Below are positions 51,968 through 61,245 of a stretch of DNA of 64,000 bases, piece after piece. The stretch is from Deltaproteobacteria bacterium (GTDB taxonomy: Bacteria > JAGRBM01 > JAHCIT01): contig JAHCIT010000001.1 in NCBI GenBank assembly GCA_026129095.1, positions 186,245-250,244 of the forward strand, read 5' to 3'. Both the position numbers and the translations under genes were made by a program. The notes beneath the pieces are model-generated. The model was not told the origin of the DNA and did not search any database. It saw nothing but the letters and a program-made list of their open reading frames with translations. Every line of letters starts with the position of its first letter. Position 1 is the stretch's first letter.

Positions 51968-51995
51968 TTGGGGCGGCTATATTTGGCTCAAGAAC

Positions 51996-52868
51996 ATGTC
52001 GGTAAAACTCCTCATCACCGATCTCGACCACACGCTCTGGGACTGGGCGGGGTATATCGTTCCGTCTCTGAAGGTGATGGTGGATTCGGTCGAGACGACC
52101 ACCGGCTACCCGAGACCGTTCATTATCGAGGCTCTCAAGAAGGTTTACGGGCGCTACCAGACGACCGAATACGCCTTCACCCTGCAACAGTCGGCCATCT
52201 GGACCCGCTGGCGGAGGCAGCATGGCGACGACCTGGACCGTTTCCTCGAAACCGTCGTCACTCCCGCCGCCCTTGCCTATGCCGCCGAACGGAAGAAACG
52301 GTTCCGCCTGTACCCGGGAGTGAAAGAGACTCTGGAAAAGCTTAAGCGTCAGGGCGTGAGTATCGTCGCGCTGTCCGACGCGCCGAGGTTCCCCGCCGAG
52401 CAGCGGCTGAAGCGCGCCGGAATCGACAGCCTGTTCGACGGCCTCTACTGCCTGAAGTCCTATCCGATTCCGAAGTCAGGCGGCCGACACCGGGTCGCGC
52501 CGTTCATCGTCGCCAAAGAGCGGTCCGGCCACTACCGGTCCCAAGTCGGCAAAGTCATCGAACTGCCACCGTCCTGGGAAAAGCCGGACCCGCGAGGACT
52601 GCGGAAAATCCTGAAGGCGATTGGCGTGAAACCAGAAGAAGCCATTCTGGTCGGCGACTCGCTCCGGAAAGACGGGGCCGTCGCCCATACCGCCGGAGTG
52701 CCGTTCTACTGGGCCCGGTACGGAACCGAGATCCCGGCCAAGATTCTTGAAGAGCTTTCCCTCTATACGCCCGCCGCCGTCCGCCGCCGGAACTCTTCGC
52801 CGCCAGCGGGGGAGGTTCACCGGAAGGGGGAGCTGGTTTCATTCAGGGATATATTGAGGCTTCAATGA
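51996..52868 (+). CDS. HAD-superfamily hydrolase
   Basis: TDLDHTLWD, LSD, KPDP, VGDSLRKD. Confidence 0.85.
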   Translation: MSVKLLITDLDHTLWDWAGYIVPSLKVMVDSVETTTGYPRPFIIEALKKVYGRYQTTEYAFTLQQSAIWTRWRRQHGDDLDRFLETVVTPAALAYAAERKKRFRLYPGVKETLEKLKRQGVSIVALSDAPRFPAEQRLKRAGIDSLFDGLYCLKSYPIPKSGGRHRVAPFIVAKERSGHYRSQVGKVIELPPSWEKPDPRGLRKILKAIGVKPEEAILVGDSLRKDGAVAHTAGVPFYWARYGTEIPAKILEELSLYTPAAVRRRNSSPPAGEVHRKGELVSFRDILRLQ

Positions 52869-52958
52869 AGCATTCCCAGCGGGGGAAATGCCATATCTTC
52901 CGGCGTCATGAAGTGCCTCGGCGATCCAGTGGGCTGTCACGAAAGTTCTGTCCGGCGG

Positions 52959-54278
52959 TCAGTTCAGCACCTTCGCCACTTTCTCTGCAGCCTGACGGCC
53001 GGAGGTAAACGCGCCGTCCGTACACGGTGCGATCAAGTAGGCGCCCGCCACGAACACGCGGCGGTCTTTCGGCCACTGGGTGTTCAGGCCGTGGAGGATG
53101 GAGAAGCGCCCCGGAGGCATCTTCTCCACGGCCCGGTCCCATCTGAAGACGTGAATGCCGGTAATGTGCCCTTGAATGTAGGGGAAGAATTTCACCGCAT
53201 CTCTGGCCACGATCTCCCCAAACTGCTCCCGGGTGCCCTTGAACGAACGAACGAACTCTTCTTTCGTGACGCAAAACAGACACCCCTTGCCCGGCGGAAC
53301 GTTCTGGTTTCCCTTGGCGTCCTCGATGCCGAAAGAAGCCAGGCACTCGCTCTCTCCGGGACTGATGTAGACGCCGTAAAAAGGGTTGTGGATCGGCACG
53401 TCCGTCGTAATAGCCACCGGCCAGGTCGTCGAATACTGCGTGCTGCTGAAAATCTCGGTTTCGAGCGGTGAGAGGCCTTTTACGATCTCCGGAACGAGAT
53501 CGCCCCAGACCGCGACGACCGCCGCCGCATAATCCCCCGTCTGGGTCCGGTTTCCATCGCTCCAGCTTACCTCGACCCGGCCGCCTTTCTGCTCCACGGA
53601 GGTGACGCGGGCGCCATACCTGATGTCGAGGTCTCTCGACAGCCGGGCCGGGACCGAGCCCATCCCCTCGCGGAACGAATAGAGCTTCATGTTCAGGACC
53701 GACAGGGAATAGGCCATGAAGTTGAGTTTCGACATGTCCTTGAGCGGGTACATGCACAGGGCGCGGCAGACCGGATCGCCGAGATAGTCGGCGAGTTCCT
53801 GGCTCGTGCGGCGTTTCAGCCAGTCGTAGGCGTTCTCATCGTCGATGGCTACTCCCTTGTAGGCGTTCAGGAAGCTGTTCACCTTGAAAAAGTGCTTCAG
53901 ATAGTCGGGCAGAACCCCGATCATGGAAAGCTGGCTCTTCAGCGATACACCCCGGAACGTAAGCGCCGTGAAGGGGTTGCTCATGCTGACGGTGTGGAAC
54001 TTCCCGTCCCGGTAAAGCGAAGCCGCGTTCCGGGCGAGCACCCGCATCTCGTCTTGCATCCCGATCTCGTGCACCAGATCCGAGACCGCCTTGAAATACT
54101 TCACCACAAACGACGCACCGGTATCCACATGGAAGTCGCCGATCTTCTCCGTCGTCATGCGGCCGCCGGCCTTCTTGCCCGGCTCGAAGACCGTGCAGGG
54201 AATGCCCTGCTGCCGGAGCGAATAGGCCGCCCCGAGCCCCGCCATGCCGGCGCCGATCACTGCCACATGATTGTCCAT
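52959..54278 (-). CDS. FAD-dependent oxidoreductase (protoporphyrinogen oxidase / amine oxidase family)
   Basis: VIGAGMAGL, GGRM, DTGA, AGAY...DGAFTSG. Confidence 0.85.
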   Translation of the reverse strand: MDNHVAVIGAGMAGLGAAYSLRQQGIPCTVFEPGKKAGGRMTTEKIGDFHVDTGASFVVKYFKAVSDLVHEIGMQDEMRVLARNAASLYRDGKFHTVSMSNPFTALTFRGVSLKSQLSMIGVLPDYLKHFFKVNSFLNAYKGVAIDDENAYDWLKRRTSQELADYLGDPVCRALCMYPLKDMSKLNFMAYSLSVLNMKLYSFREGMGSVPARLSRDLDIRYGARVTSVEQKGGRVEVSWSDGNRTQTGDYAAAVVAVWGDLVPEIVKGLSPLETEIFSSTQYSTTWPVAITTDVPIHNPFYGVYISPGESECLASFGIEDAKGNQNVPPGKGCLFCVTKEEFVRSFKGTREQFGEIVARDAVKFFPYIQGHITGIHVFRWDRAVEKMPPGRFSILHGLNTQWPKDRRVFVAGAYLIAPCTDGAFTSGRQAAEKVAKVLN

Positions 54279-54930
54279 GGAAACACTCCTGATGTCCGGA
54301 ATTGCAAACGCCCGATCCTAGCAACAGAGGGAAACGCGTTCCACTATTTTCATGTGCAGAACAAGGCATCACAAAACCCCATAACCTATGTAAACTGCTG
54401 ACCTGAGGCCAATCCGGCCACCTCGGACGCCGTCTTCTGGCCGCCTCGCAGGCGTTTTTCTGGTGCCGCCAGAGGTACCCCGCTTCCGCGCGCGTGGATC
54501 GCGCGCGGCGGGCCGGGAAAACGGCGCGGTTCCAGGTGTCGTCCGAGCACGGCCCAGGGGTGCGTCCACGGGCCCGCCCAGGTGCTGGCAAACCTCTTCG
54601 CGAGCGCGGTTCGCGCACGGATGTTTTCAGGGAAATCCCTCGTTTCAGCCGTAACCCACTGACCTCCCTGGAATCCCGGATCGATCAGTACCCCCATAAA
54701 CGCCCGTGTGCGCACAAAAAGATCATTGTTGAGCAAACAGATAGTTGTCAGATTGATGGCTGAAAGGACCGGGGATGATTTCCCCGGCTCGCAGAATTCA
54801 CCCGGCGTTAATCCCTGCCGGATTCAGCCGCCTTCATGCGAAAATAATTGGCAAAAGATTCCGGAAGATTGGCCATTTTATTTCCCTCCCCTTTGCCCGC
54901 ATCCTGATCTGGAGAAAGGACGAGACACCC

Positions 54931-55209
54931 ATGGACCCCGCCGTCACAGAGAAACCCCCGCAGCTCTCCCCGCTTGCCCAGGCGGTCTACGCGCGCCTCC
55001 GGCAGCGTTCCGCAGCCATCCCCGCCGCATCGAGCTTCATCTACGAAATCCGCGCGATGGTCGAATCGAAGGGCTACGAAATCTCCGGCGAAGAGATCGG
55101 CCTCGCCTTCAACGAGCTGGTCCGCGCCGGGCTCGCCCGCATCAAGGTCCGCAAGGACTACATGGGGCTCATCCCCCTCAACCGCTTCCGGGGCGTGAAA
55201 TTCGAATAG
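54931..55209 (+). CDS. small hypothetical protein
   Basis: ATG 54931 with GC-rich codon bias, upstream of xis. Confidence 0.5.
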   Translation: MDPAVTEKPPQLSPLAQAVYARLRQRSAAIPAASSFIYEIRAMVESKGYEISGEEIGLAFNELVRAGLARIKVRKDYMGLIPLNRFRGVKFE

Positions 55210-55243
55210 CCACACCAACCCCAATCCCTCTGAGGTTCATGCC

Positions 55244-55495
55244 ATGGACCACGACAAATCTGCCGATTCATCTCAACGCTCCTCACCGATGGAGGAACTA
55301 CCGGCATTTCTCACCGTTGACGAACTCGCCGCCCTGCTCCGCATCAACCGCGACACTGCCTACCACCTGTGCTCGACACGGGAGATCCCCGGCGTCCGCA
55401 AACTTGGCCGGTGCATACGCATCCACCGCGAAACCGTGCTATCGTGGTTTGTTGGCCAGGACCGCGTTTCATGCTCAACGAGGAAACCCCGATGA
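55244..55495 (+). CDS. excisionase-like HTH protein
   Basis: FLTVDELAALLRINRDTAY...IPGVRKLGRCIRI; ATGA overlap with the integrase. Confidence 0.82.
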   Translation: MDHDKSADSSQRSSPMEELPAFLTVDELAALLRINRDTAYHLCSTREIPGVRKLGRCIRIHRETVLSWFVGQDRVSCSTRKPR

Positions 55496-56673
55496 GTGTA
55501 CGACGCAGGACCATTCAGGACCGGGAGACCGGCCTGATGAAGGAGGTGTGGGTCGTCGATATCGACTTCACGCATCCAGACGGACGCCGGGAGCGCATCC
55601 GCAAACACTCGCCCGTGAATACCCGCCGGGGGGCGGAACAGTACGAGCGGGAAGTGCGGAATGCGCTGCTCAAGGGCGAATACAAAAAGAAGAAGGAGGA
55701 AATACCGGAGACACAGCCCATACCTACTTTCAAAGCGTTCTCGATAGAGTTCGTGAATACCTATGCGAAGATGAACAACAAACCCAGCGAGATACACAAC
55801 AAGGAACGGATGCTGAGGACTCACCTGAATCCCTACTTCGGAAGCCGGCCGCTCGATTCGATCACGACGCGTGACATCGAGACGTACAAGGCCAAGAAGA
55901 TAGAGAGCGGCCTCTCGCCCAAGTCGGTGAACAACCACCTCGCCGTGGCCGGACGCATGTTCCGGATCGCGAAGAAGTGGGAGGTCATCGGGAAGACGCC
56001 TGAAGTGTCGTTCCTGAAGGTGAAACTGCCTGACTACGATTTTCTCGACTTCAGGGAGGCCGAACGGCTGATCGCCGGCGCGGACCCCGAGTGGCGGGCG
56101 ATGATCGTGGTGGCGCTCCGGACCGGCATGCGGCTCGGAGAGCTGAGGGCGCTTCGCTGGCAGGATGTGGATCTCGTCGCGGGCAAACTGTTCGTGAGAC
56201 AGGCTGCCTGGAACGACGTGATCGGCACGCCCAAGAGCGGCAGGCCAAGGGAGATCCCGCTGAGCAATGATGCGCGGCAGTCTCTCAAGGCTCACCGGCA
56301 TCTCAGGGGCGAGTATGTGTTCGCGGGAAAAAGCGGAGACATGCTTCACAAGGCGGAGACGAAGTGGCCGCTCAGGCGCGCCTGGCGAAAAGCCGGGCTA
56401 CGCGAGGTCGGCTGGCACATGCTTCGCCACACGTTCGCTTCGCATCTCGCCATGAAGGGAGTGCCGCTCAAGGCCATTCAGGAACTGCTTGGCCACGCGG
56501 ACATTCACATGACGATGCGGTATGCGCACATGAGTCCCGACACGAAGCGGGACGCCGTGCAGCTTCTCGACGAACCTCAGGTTCGTCCGGAAGAAAGTTA
56601 CGGCACACTGACGGCACATGACGGTTCATCACGCGCCGCGGCGCTCAAAAGCGCAATAAATACAGATAGTTAA
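55492..56673 (+). CDS. tyrosine recombinase (phage-type integrase)
   Basis: RTGMRLGE, PKS, HMLRHTFAS, LLGH, TMRY; ends next to the att core. Confidence 0.95.
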   Translation: MSVRRRTIQDRETGLMKEVWVVDIDFTHPDGRRERIRKHSPVNTRRGAEQYEREVRNALLKGEYKKKKEEIPETQPIPTFKAFSIEFVNTYAKMNNKPSEIHNKERMLRTHLNPYFGSRPLDSITTRDIETYKAKKIESGLSPKSVNNHLAVAGRMFRIAKKWEVIGKTPEVSFLKVKLPDYDFLDFREAERLIAGADPEWRAMIVVALRTGMRLGELRALRWQDVDLVAGKLFVRQAAWNDVIGTPKSGRPREIPLSNDARQSLKAHRHLRGEYVFAGKSGDMLHKAETKWPLRRAWRKAGLREVGWHMLRHTFASHLAMKGVPLKAIQELLGHADIHMTMRYAHMSPDTKRDAVQLLDEPQVRPEESYGTLTAHDGSSRAAALKSAINTDS

Positions 56674-56674
56674 A

Positions 56675-56699
56675 TGGTGGAGGCGCCGGGAATTGAACC
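56675..56699 (+). repeat. att core within the tmRNA 3' end
   Basis: Identical to 15726-15750. Confidence 0.95.
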
Positions 56700-57040
56700 C
56701 GGGTCCGAGAATCCTGTTGTCAGCGGCTACCACGTGCGTCCTGACCTGTTGTGGTTCTCGGCGCCTGGTGTTGGCCGGTCATCCGCCCACCCTGCGCCAT
56801 GCCCCGGTTGCTTTTAGCCATTGGAAGCCGAGGTGCCTCCCGCAGGCGAGTCCGTATTCATGTCACCCCGGGGCGGGCTTCGGACGGGCCTTCCCCGGAG
56901 AACTCGCGGTTTAAATTAGGCCGCGAGAGCCATGTCGTAATCAGCGTCGATTACAGTGTTGCCTCTTGTTAACGCGGCCGAAGGCTCCGCGGCACGCAAC
57001 CCCTGACTCAGCCGATCCCCGTCGAACCCAATTCGCCCCC
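56675..57040 (-). ncRNA. ssrA: tmRNA
   Basis: 5' GGGGGCGAATTGGGTTCGACGGG; 3' GGTTCAATTCCCGGCGCCTCCACCA; tag frame 56948-56916 encodes DADYDMALAA*. Confidence 0.95.
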
Positions 57041-57179
57041 GCAGGTCATCCAGCAGGGAAAACCGGTTCTCCGGCATGAAGCGGGAGAGCCCAAGGCTTT
57101 CACAAAAGCCAATATAAGGCTTCCTGGCGGAAAGTCGAGGGGAGGTTCGTCAGGGCCCGGGAATGGCTATACTTTCAGC

Positions 57180-57494
57180 GTGGAGCACAAACTCTCCAGC
57201 CTTCCCAGCGCAACCTACCGGGGCCAGGTCAATACCCATGATGGCAAGCCGCTCGCCGGGATGGTGCGTGTATTCTGCGGCGACTCGCCGGTCCTCAACC
57301 GCAAAATGGATGGTCAATTTCTGCTCAATCTCGTCCCCGGCCCCTACCGGATTGAAATCCGCGTGGACGGATACCAGTCGATGCAGCACCAGATCACTCT
57401 GCACGCCCAGCAGGGCATATCACACCAGTTCGTCATGAATCCGCAATGGCGGCCAGATGCACGGGCTCCAGGCGACCAGCCTGAGGAAAACTAG
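57180..57494 (+). CDS. small beta-sandwich (carboxypeptidase regulatory-like) protein
   Basis: GQV...DGKPLAG...DGQF...LVPGPY...DGY pattern. Confidence 0.55.
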   Translation: MEHKLSSLPSATYRGQVNTHDGKPLAGMVRVFCGDSPVLNRKMDGQFLLNLVPGPYRIEIRVDGYQSMQHQITLHAQQGISHQFVMNPQWRPDARAPGDQPEEN

Positions 57495-57502
57495 GCAGTC
57501 AC

Positions 57503-58552
57503 TCAGGACTGGTCGAACCATTCGGCAATCTCGCGGTTTTTTGACACCGGATAGGTATGTGACAGGCCCTGCAGCTCACGGTAGGTAACCGGACATCCGG
57601 CCGCCTTCAGCCGCTGCTCGGCGAGCCTCGCCGTTTGCACTGGGAACAGAAAATCAGATGTCCCATGGATTACATGGACGGGGAGTTTCTGCGCGGCGGT
57701 TTCAACCGGTACCCAGGGCTTCAGGACCCCTGACACACAGCTAACTCCAGTGAACAGGTTAGGATTGGCGAACCCCAGTTCGTAAGCCGCACTCCCCCCG
57801 TCGGAAAGCCCCGTCACCAGCACCTTGCCGGGATCAATGTATTCCTCAGCCATGAGCCGCCGCATTTCGGCAAGGATCAGCGGGAAATCGGTTTTTTCAT
57901 CCCAGGTCGCACCACGGGATTTGGGCGCAAGCCCGTACCAGCACCAGGTGTGCAGTGTCCGCAGCCAGAGCGAAAGGAACTCCCCGGAGCCGCCAAAGGC
58001 GCCATGAAGCAGGACAGCCAGCGGCCGCCGACCAGTGGGTATGCGCCCGCTCGGCCGGAAGAGGAGCCCATGCCCGACAATGCTGCCATCCGAGACAAAT
58101 TCACGCCGGATAATGTCTGCCTTCGGCAGAGGCTCGGTGAACCCTTCCGGCGGGGATACTTCAAGAAAAAACCGCTCCAGTTCGCTCACCACACTGCGAT
58201 AGGGGAAAAGCGCGACCATGGCATCTCCCGCCGCATGAAAACCCGCCAGCAGCGAGGCGGGGTTGGCCGGATTGAACGGCCCGCTCAGGGTTTGGCAGCC
58301 TGCCGCCATGGACTTTACCGATTTCAGCCACGTTCCCAGATGCTCGTCCAGCCCTGCCCGCAGTTCGAGACGCGCTTCCACACCGCGAAGTTTCGGGAGA
58401 TGGATCTCCCGGAGCCTCTTTTGCATCAGCGGAATTGTCCTGAGATCAATCTGCTCCATTGCCGCGTGCAGTTCGGCCAGGTACGCAAGCAGGTCACGCG
58501 CCACCTCCCTGAGCAGCGGCGTGTCTTCCCGGTCAATCACGATATCCGTCAT
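57503..58552 (-). CDS. phospholipase/carboxylesterase family hydrolase
   Basis: LLHGA, GLSDG, IHGTSD, SHTYP. Confidence 0.8.
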   Translation of the reverse strand: MTDIVIDREDTPLLREVARDLLAYLAELHAAMEQIDLRTIPLMQKRLREIHLPKLRGVEARLELRAGLDEHLGTWLKSVKSMAAGCQTLSGPFNPANPASLLAGFHAAGDAMVALFPYRSVVSELERFFLEVSPPEGFTEPLPKADIIRREFVSDGSIVGHGLLFRPSGRIPTGRRPLAVLLHGAFGGSGEFLSLWLRTLHTWCWYGLAPKSRGATWDEKTDFPLILAEMRRLMAEEYIDPGKVLVTGLSDGGSAAYELGFANPNLFTGVSCVSGVLKPWVPVETAAQKLPVHVIHGTSDFLFPVQTARLAEQRLKAAGCPVTYRELQGLSHTYPVSKNREIAEWFDQS

Positions 58553-58585
58553 CTATTCATGTCCCGGCATGATCACCCAGAGCCG

Positions 58586-60061
58586 TCATTTGAGCCGCCG
58601 CCGGCCGGTGGATTCCCGGCCAGGCATGACCTCGAACCGTTCGGGATGAAAAGCCTCGATCCCCTTGAATGCGAGGCGCAGCCCCGCTGCCGCTTCCAGT
58701 TCCTCCACGCCCGGCAAATCAGCGCCCGTCAGGCGATCCACAACCGCCGGATGGGCATGAACCACCACATTCGGCCCGAGGCCCTTGGCCGCCGAGCGGC
58801 GGACCTGCCGGAGAATATCCCGCGCCACCGTGAGCGGCGAGATCGTGCGCCCCGTCCCTTCACAGCAGGAACACACGTCTTCAAGTTGTGCGGTCAGGCT
58901 GTCACGCACCCGCTTTCGGGTCATCTCGACAAGACCCAGTTCCGATATCCGGGTAATCGTACAGCGGGCCCGGTCGGCCGCAAGCGCATCGGACAGTTCC
59001 TTCCGGACCCGCTCGCGGTTTTCAGTCTTCTGCATGTCAATGAAATCAATGACGATAATTCCGCCCAGATTGCGGAGCCGGAGCTGACGGGCTATTTCCC
59101 GGGCCGCCTCCAGGTTGGTGCGGGTGATCGTCTCCTCGAAATCACGTTTTCCCGTATGCTTGCCGGTATTCACGTCAATGGCGGTCATCGCCTCTCCCGA
59201 ATCGATCACGAGATACCCGCCTGACCGCAGCCAGACGCGGCGCGCCAGCGCCAAGCGGATATCGTCGTCCAGGCCGAAGCGGTCAGCAGCCGGCTCCAGC
59301 CCCCGGTGCAGTTCCATGACCGGAAGCAATGCCGGTTTCAGGCGGCCGACCAGTTCTTTCATCGAGAGCATCAGGGGTTCCGAATCGCATATCACCGCTG
59401 CAATTCCCGGTTCGATGAAGTCGCGGACGATCCGGAGCGCCAGTTCCGGGGGCCGGTATATGACAGCAGGAACCGGCCCCGACTGGCTGCGCTGTTCGAT
59501 GCTTCTCCACTCGGCGGAAAGCTCGGCCACGTCAGCCGCAATGGCCGCCGGGTCCGCTTCATGGGCGGCTGTGCGGGCGATCAGACCGGATCCCTCCGGT
59601 GCAAGTGCCGCCAGGGTTTCCTTGAGCCGCGAACGATCGTCATCGCCATTGACCCGGTGAGAAACACCGAACACCGGACGTCCGGGGAACAGCACAACGT
59701 ACCGGCCCGCCAGAGCGATCCGCGTCGACACCTTGGCTCCCTTGGCAGGACCCGGTTCCTTTTCCACCTGCACCAGTATTTCGCAGCCCGGCCGGACGAT
59801 ATCTTCAATGAGGCGCTGCTGGCCGCGTGGCCCCTCGGGCTGGGCATCGCCCGCGAACAGGTACGCCGGGCGCTCCACCCCGATATCGACAAAGGCCGCC
59901 TGCATGCCAGGCAGAACCCGGACTACCCGTCCACGGTAGATATTGCCGGTAAGACCTGCGTCCTGGGGACGTTCAGTGTGGTACTCGGCCAGACGGCCGT
60001 CTTCGATCACGGCAACCCGGGTTTCAAGCCGGTCATGGCTGATCACCAGTTCGCGCTTCAT
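58586..60061 (-). CDS. rng: Rne/Rng family ribonuclease (RNase G)
   Basis: GNIYRGRV, AAFVDIG, AIDVNTG, LRNLGGIIVIDFIDM, EMTRKR. Confidence 0.92.
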   Translation of the reverse strand: MKRELVISHDRLETRVAVIEDGRLAEYHTERPQDAGLTGNIYRGRVVRVLPGMQAAFVDIGVERPAYLFAGDAQPEGPRGQQRLIEDIVRPGCEILVQVEKEPGPAKGAKVSTRIALAGRYVVLFPGRPVFGVSHRVNGDDDRSRLKETLAALAPEGSGLIARTAAHEADPAAIAADVAELSAEWRSIEQRSQSGPVPAVIYRPPELALRIVRDFIEPGIAAVICDSEPLMLSMKELVGRLKPALLPVMELHRGLEPAADRFGLDDDIRLALARRVWLRSGGYLVIDSGEAMTAIDVNTGKHTGKRDFEETITRTNLEAAREIARQLRLRNLGGIIVIDFIDMQKTENRERVRKELSDALAADRARCTITRISELGLVEMTRKRVRDSLTAQLEDVCSCCEGTGRTISPLTVARDILRQVRRSAAKGLGPNVVVHAHPAVVDRLTGADLPGVEELEAAAGLRLAFKGIEAFHPERFEVMPGRESTGRRRLK

Positions 60062-60149
60062 CAGCCAGTATCACCCCGAATGGCCATACAGACGCAACGG
60101 TAGCTTCCGAAAGGCCGGAAGGGTAACGGGAACCGGACGAGAGCAGATT

Positions 60150-61055
60150 TCAGTTCAGGATATAGCGGAACGGATCGACCGGAATGTCGTTCACACGGAC
60201 TTCATAGTGAAGATGAGGCCCGGTGGAACGGCCGGTACTACCCACTGCACCGATATTCTGGCCACGAATGACCTTTTCGCCCACCTTCACGAGGGTTTCG
60301 GACATATGGGCGTAAATCGTTGTCAGGCCGTAACCGTGATCAATAGTAATGGAGAGGCCGTAAGCGTCCCGCATGCCGGAACGGATCACCGTCCCGGAAG
60401 CAGGTGCCGTAATGACGGTCCCCTGCGCTGAAGAGATATCCAGACCTTCATGGAGCCGCCGCTCGCCGGTAAACGGATCAATCCGGTAACCAAAGGTCGA
60501 CGTCACCCACCCACGCACAGGCCAGATTGTTGGCGTCGCCAGGATCTGCATCTCCTGGCTCTTGAAGTAGTCGAGGAGGACCTCGAATCCCATTTCGGCA
60601 CGAACGCTACGGCTGCTGTAGGAGGCAAGGTCGGCATCAATACGCTGCAACCGGGCCGCGTCTTCTGGCCGGAAAGTAGAGTATAGCTGCGCTTCGCCCG
60701 CTACCCGCGGCCCGCCTGTGCCGCTCTCCGGCTGGCGGGGAGCAGGGTCGATACCGACAATCCGGCGGATCCGGCTTTCCAGTTGCCCGGCCCGGTCAAT
60801 CTGACGGTCGAGCGTGGCCAGCCGGGCTTCTACCGCTGCCACCTGGGCCCTCAGTTCGGAGTTTTCACTCATCAGGCCGTCTACCTGGACCGCCTGCTGG
60901 AAACTGTAGAGGTAGTGGCCAATGCCAAGAATTGCGGTAATTGCTGCCAAGGCGATAATCCGGCCTGACAGAAGCCATGCGGGAACAGTTACCCGCCGAA
61001 CTTCCCGTTCACCGACCAGTACGACCGTGTACGAACGCTTGGGCTTGGTATCCAA
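60150..61055 (-). CDS. M23 family metallopeptidase
   Basis: HEGLD, STGPHLHYEV; N-terminal TM segment and coiled coil. Confidence 0.9.
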   Translation of the reverse strand: MDTKPKRSYTVVLVGEREVRRVTVPAWLLSGRIIALAAITAILGIGHYLYSFQQAVQVDGLMSENSELRAQVAAVEARLATLDRQIDRAGQLESRIRRIVGIDPAPRQPESGTGGPRVAGEAQLYSTFRPEDAARLQRIDADLASYSSRSVRAEMGFEVLLDYFKSQEMQILATPTIWPVRGWVTSTFGYRIDPFTGERRLHEGLDISSAQGTVITAPASGTVIRSGMRDAYGLSITIDHGYGLTTIYAHMSETLVKVGEKVIRGQNIGAVGSTGRSTGPHLHYEVRVNDIPVDPFRYILN

Positions 61056-61245
61056 TGTCTCTTAACAATCCTGTCCTTAAAAATCACAGGAACGGCGACC
61101 CAAACCGACGTTCCCACCCCAGTGCAAGGATCCCGGTCACCATTTCAAAATGGAAGAGCCGCGACTAGACTCCGGCCTGACCAATGGACTCAATGCCTTA
61201 AACCCAGTCTCACACGGACAGTGAACTGCTGTCAATAGGCGGGAA

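Larger units (their letters stand above)
15726..56699. mobile_element. ~41 kb tmRNA-integrated genomic island (tyrosine integrase + excisionase, defence/conflict cargo)
   Basis: Perfect 25-bp direct repeat of the ssrA 3' end at both borders; integrase ends 2 bp from the right repeat; accessory cargo inside. Confidence 0.93.

Noticed and set aside
54708-55874. 388-aa ORF and other long overlapping ORFs (e.g. 3028-4269, 12275-13624, 40046-41065, 57950-59224)
   Set aside because: Alternative-frame or antisense shadows of well-supported genes in GC-rich DNA, with no motifs.
15726-56699. Prophage or ICE
   Set aside because: No structural, terminase, lysis, T4SS or relaxase genes are recognisable, and the DnaB-like gene is degenerate.
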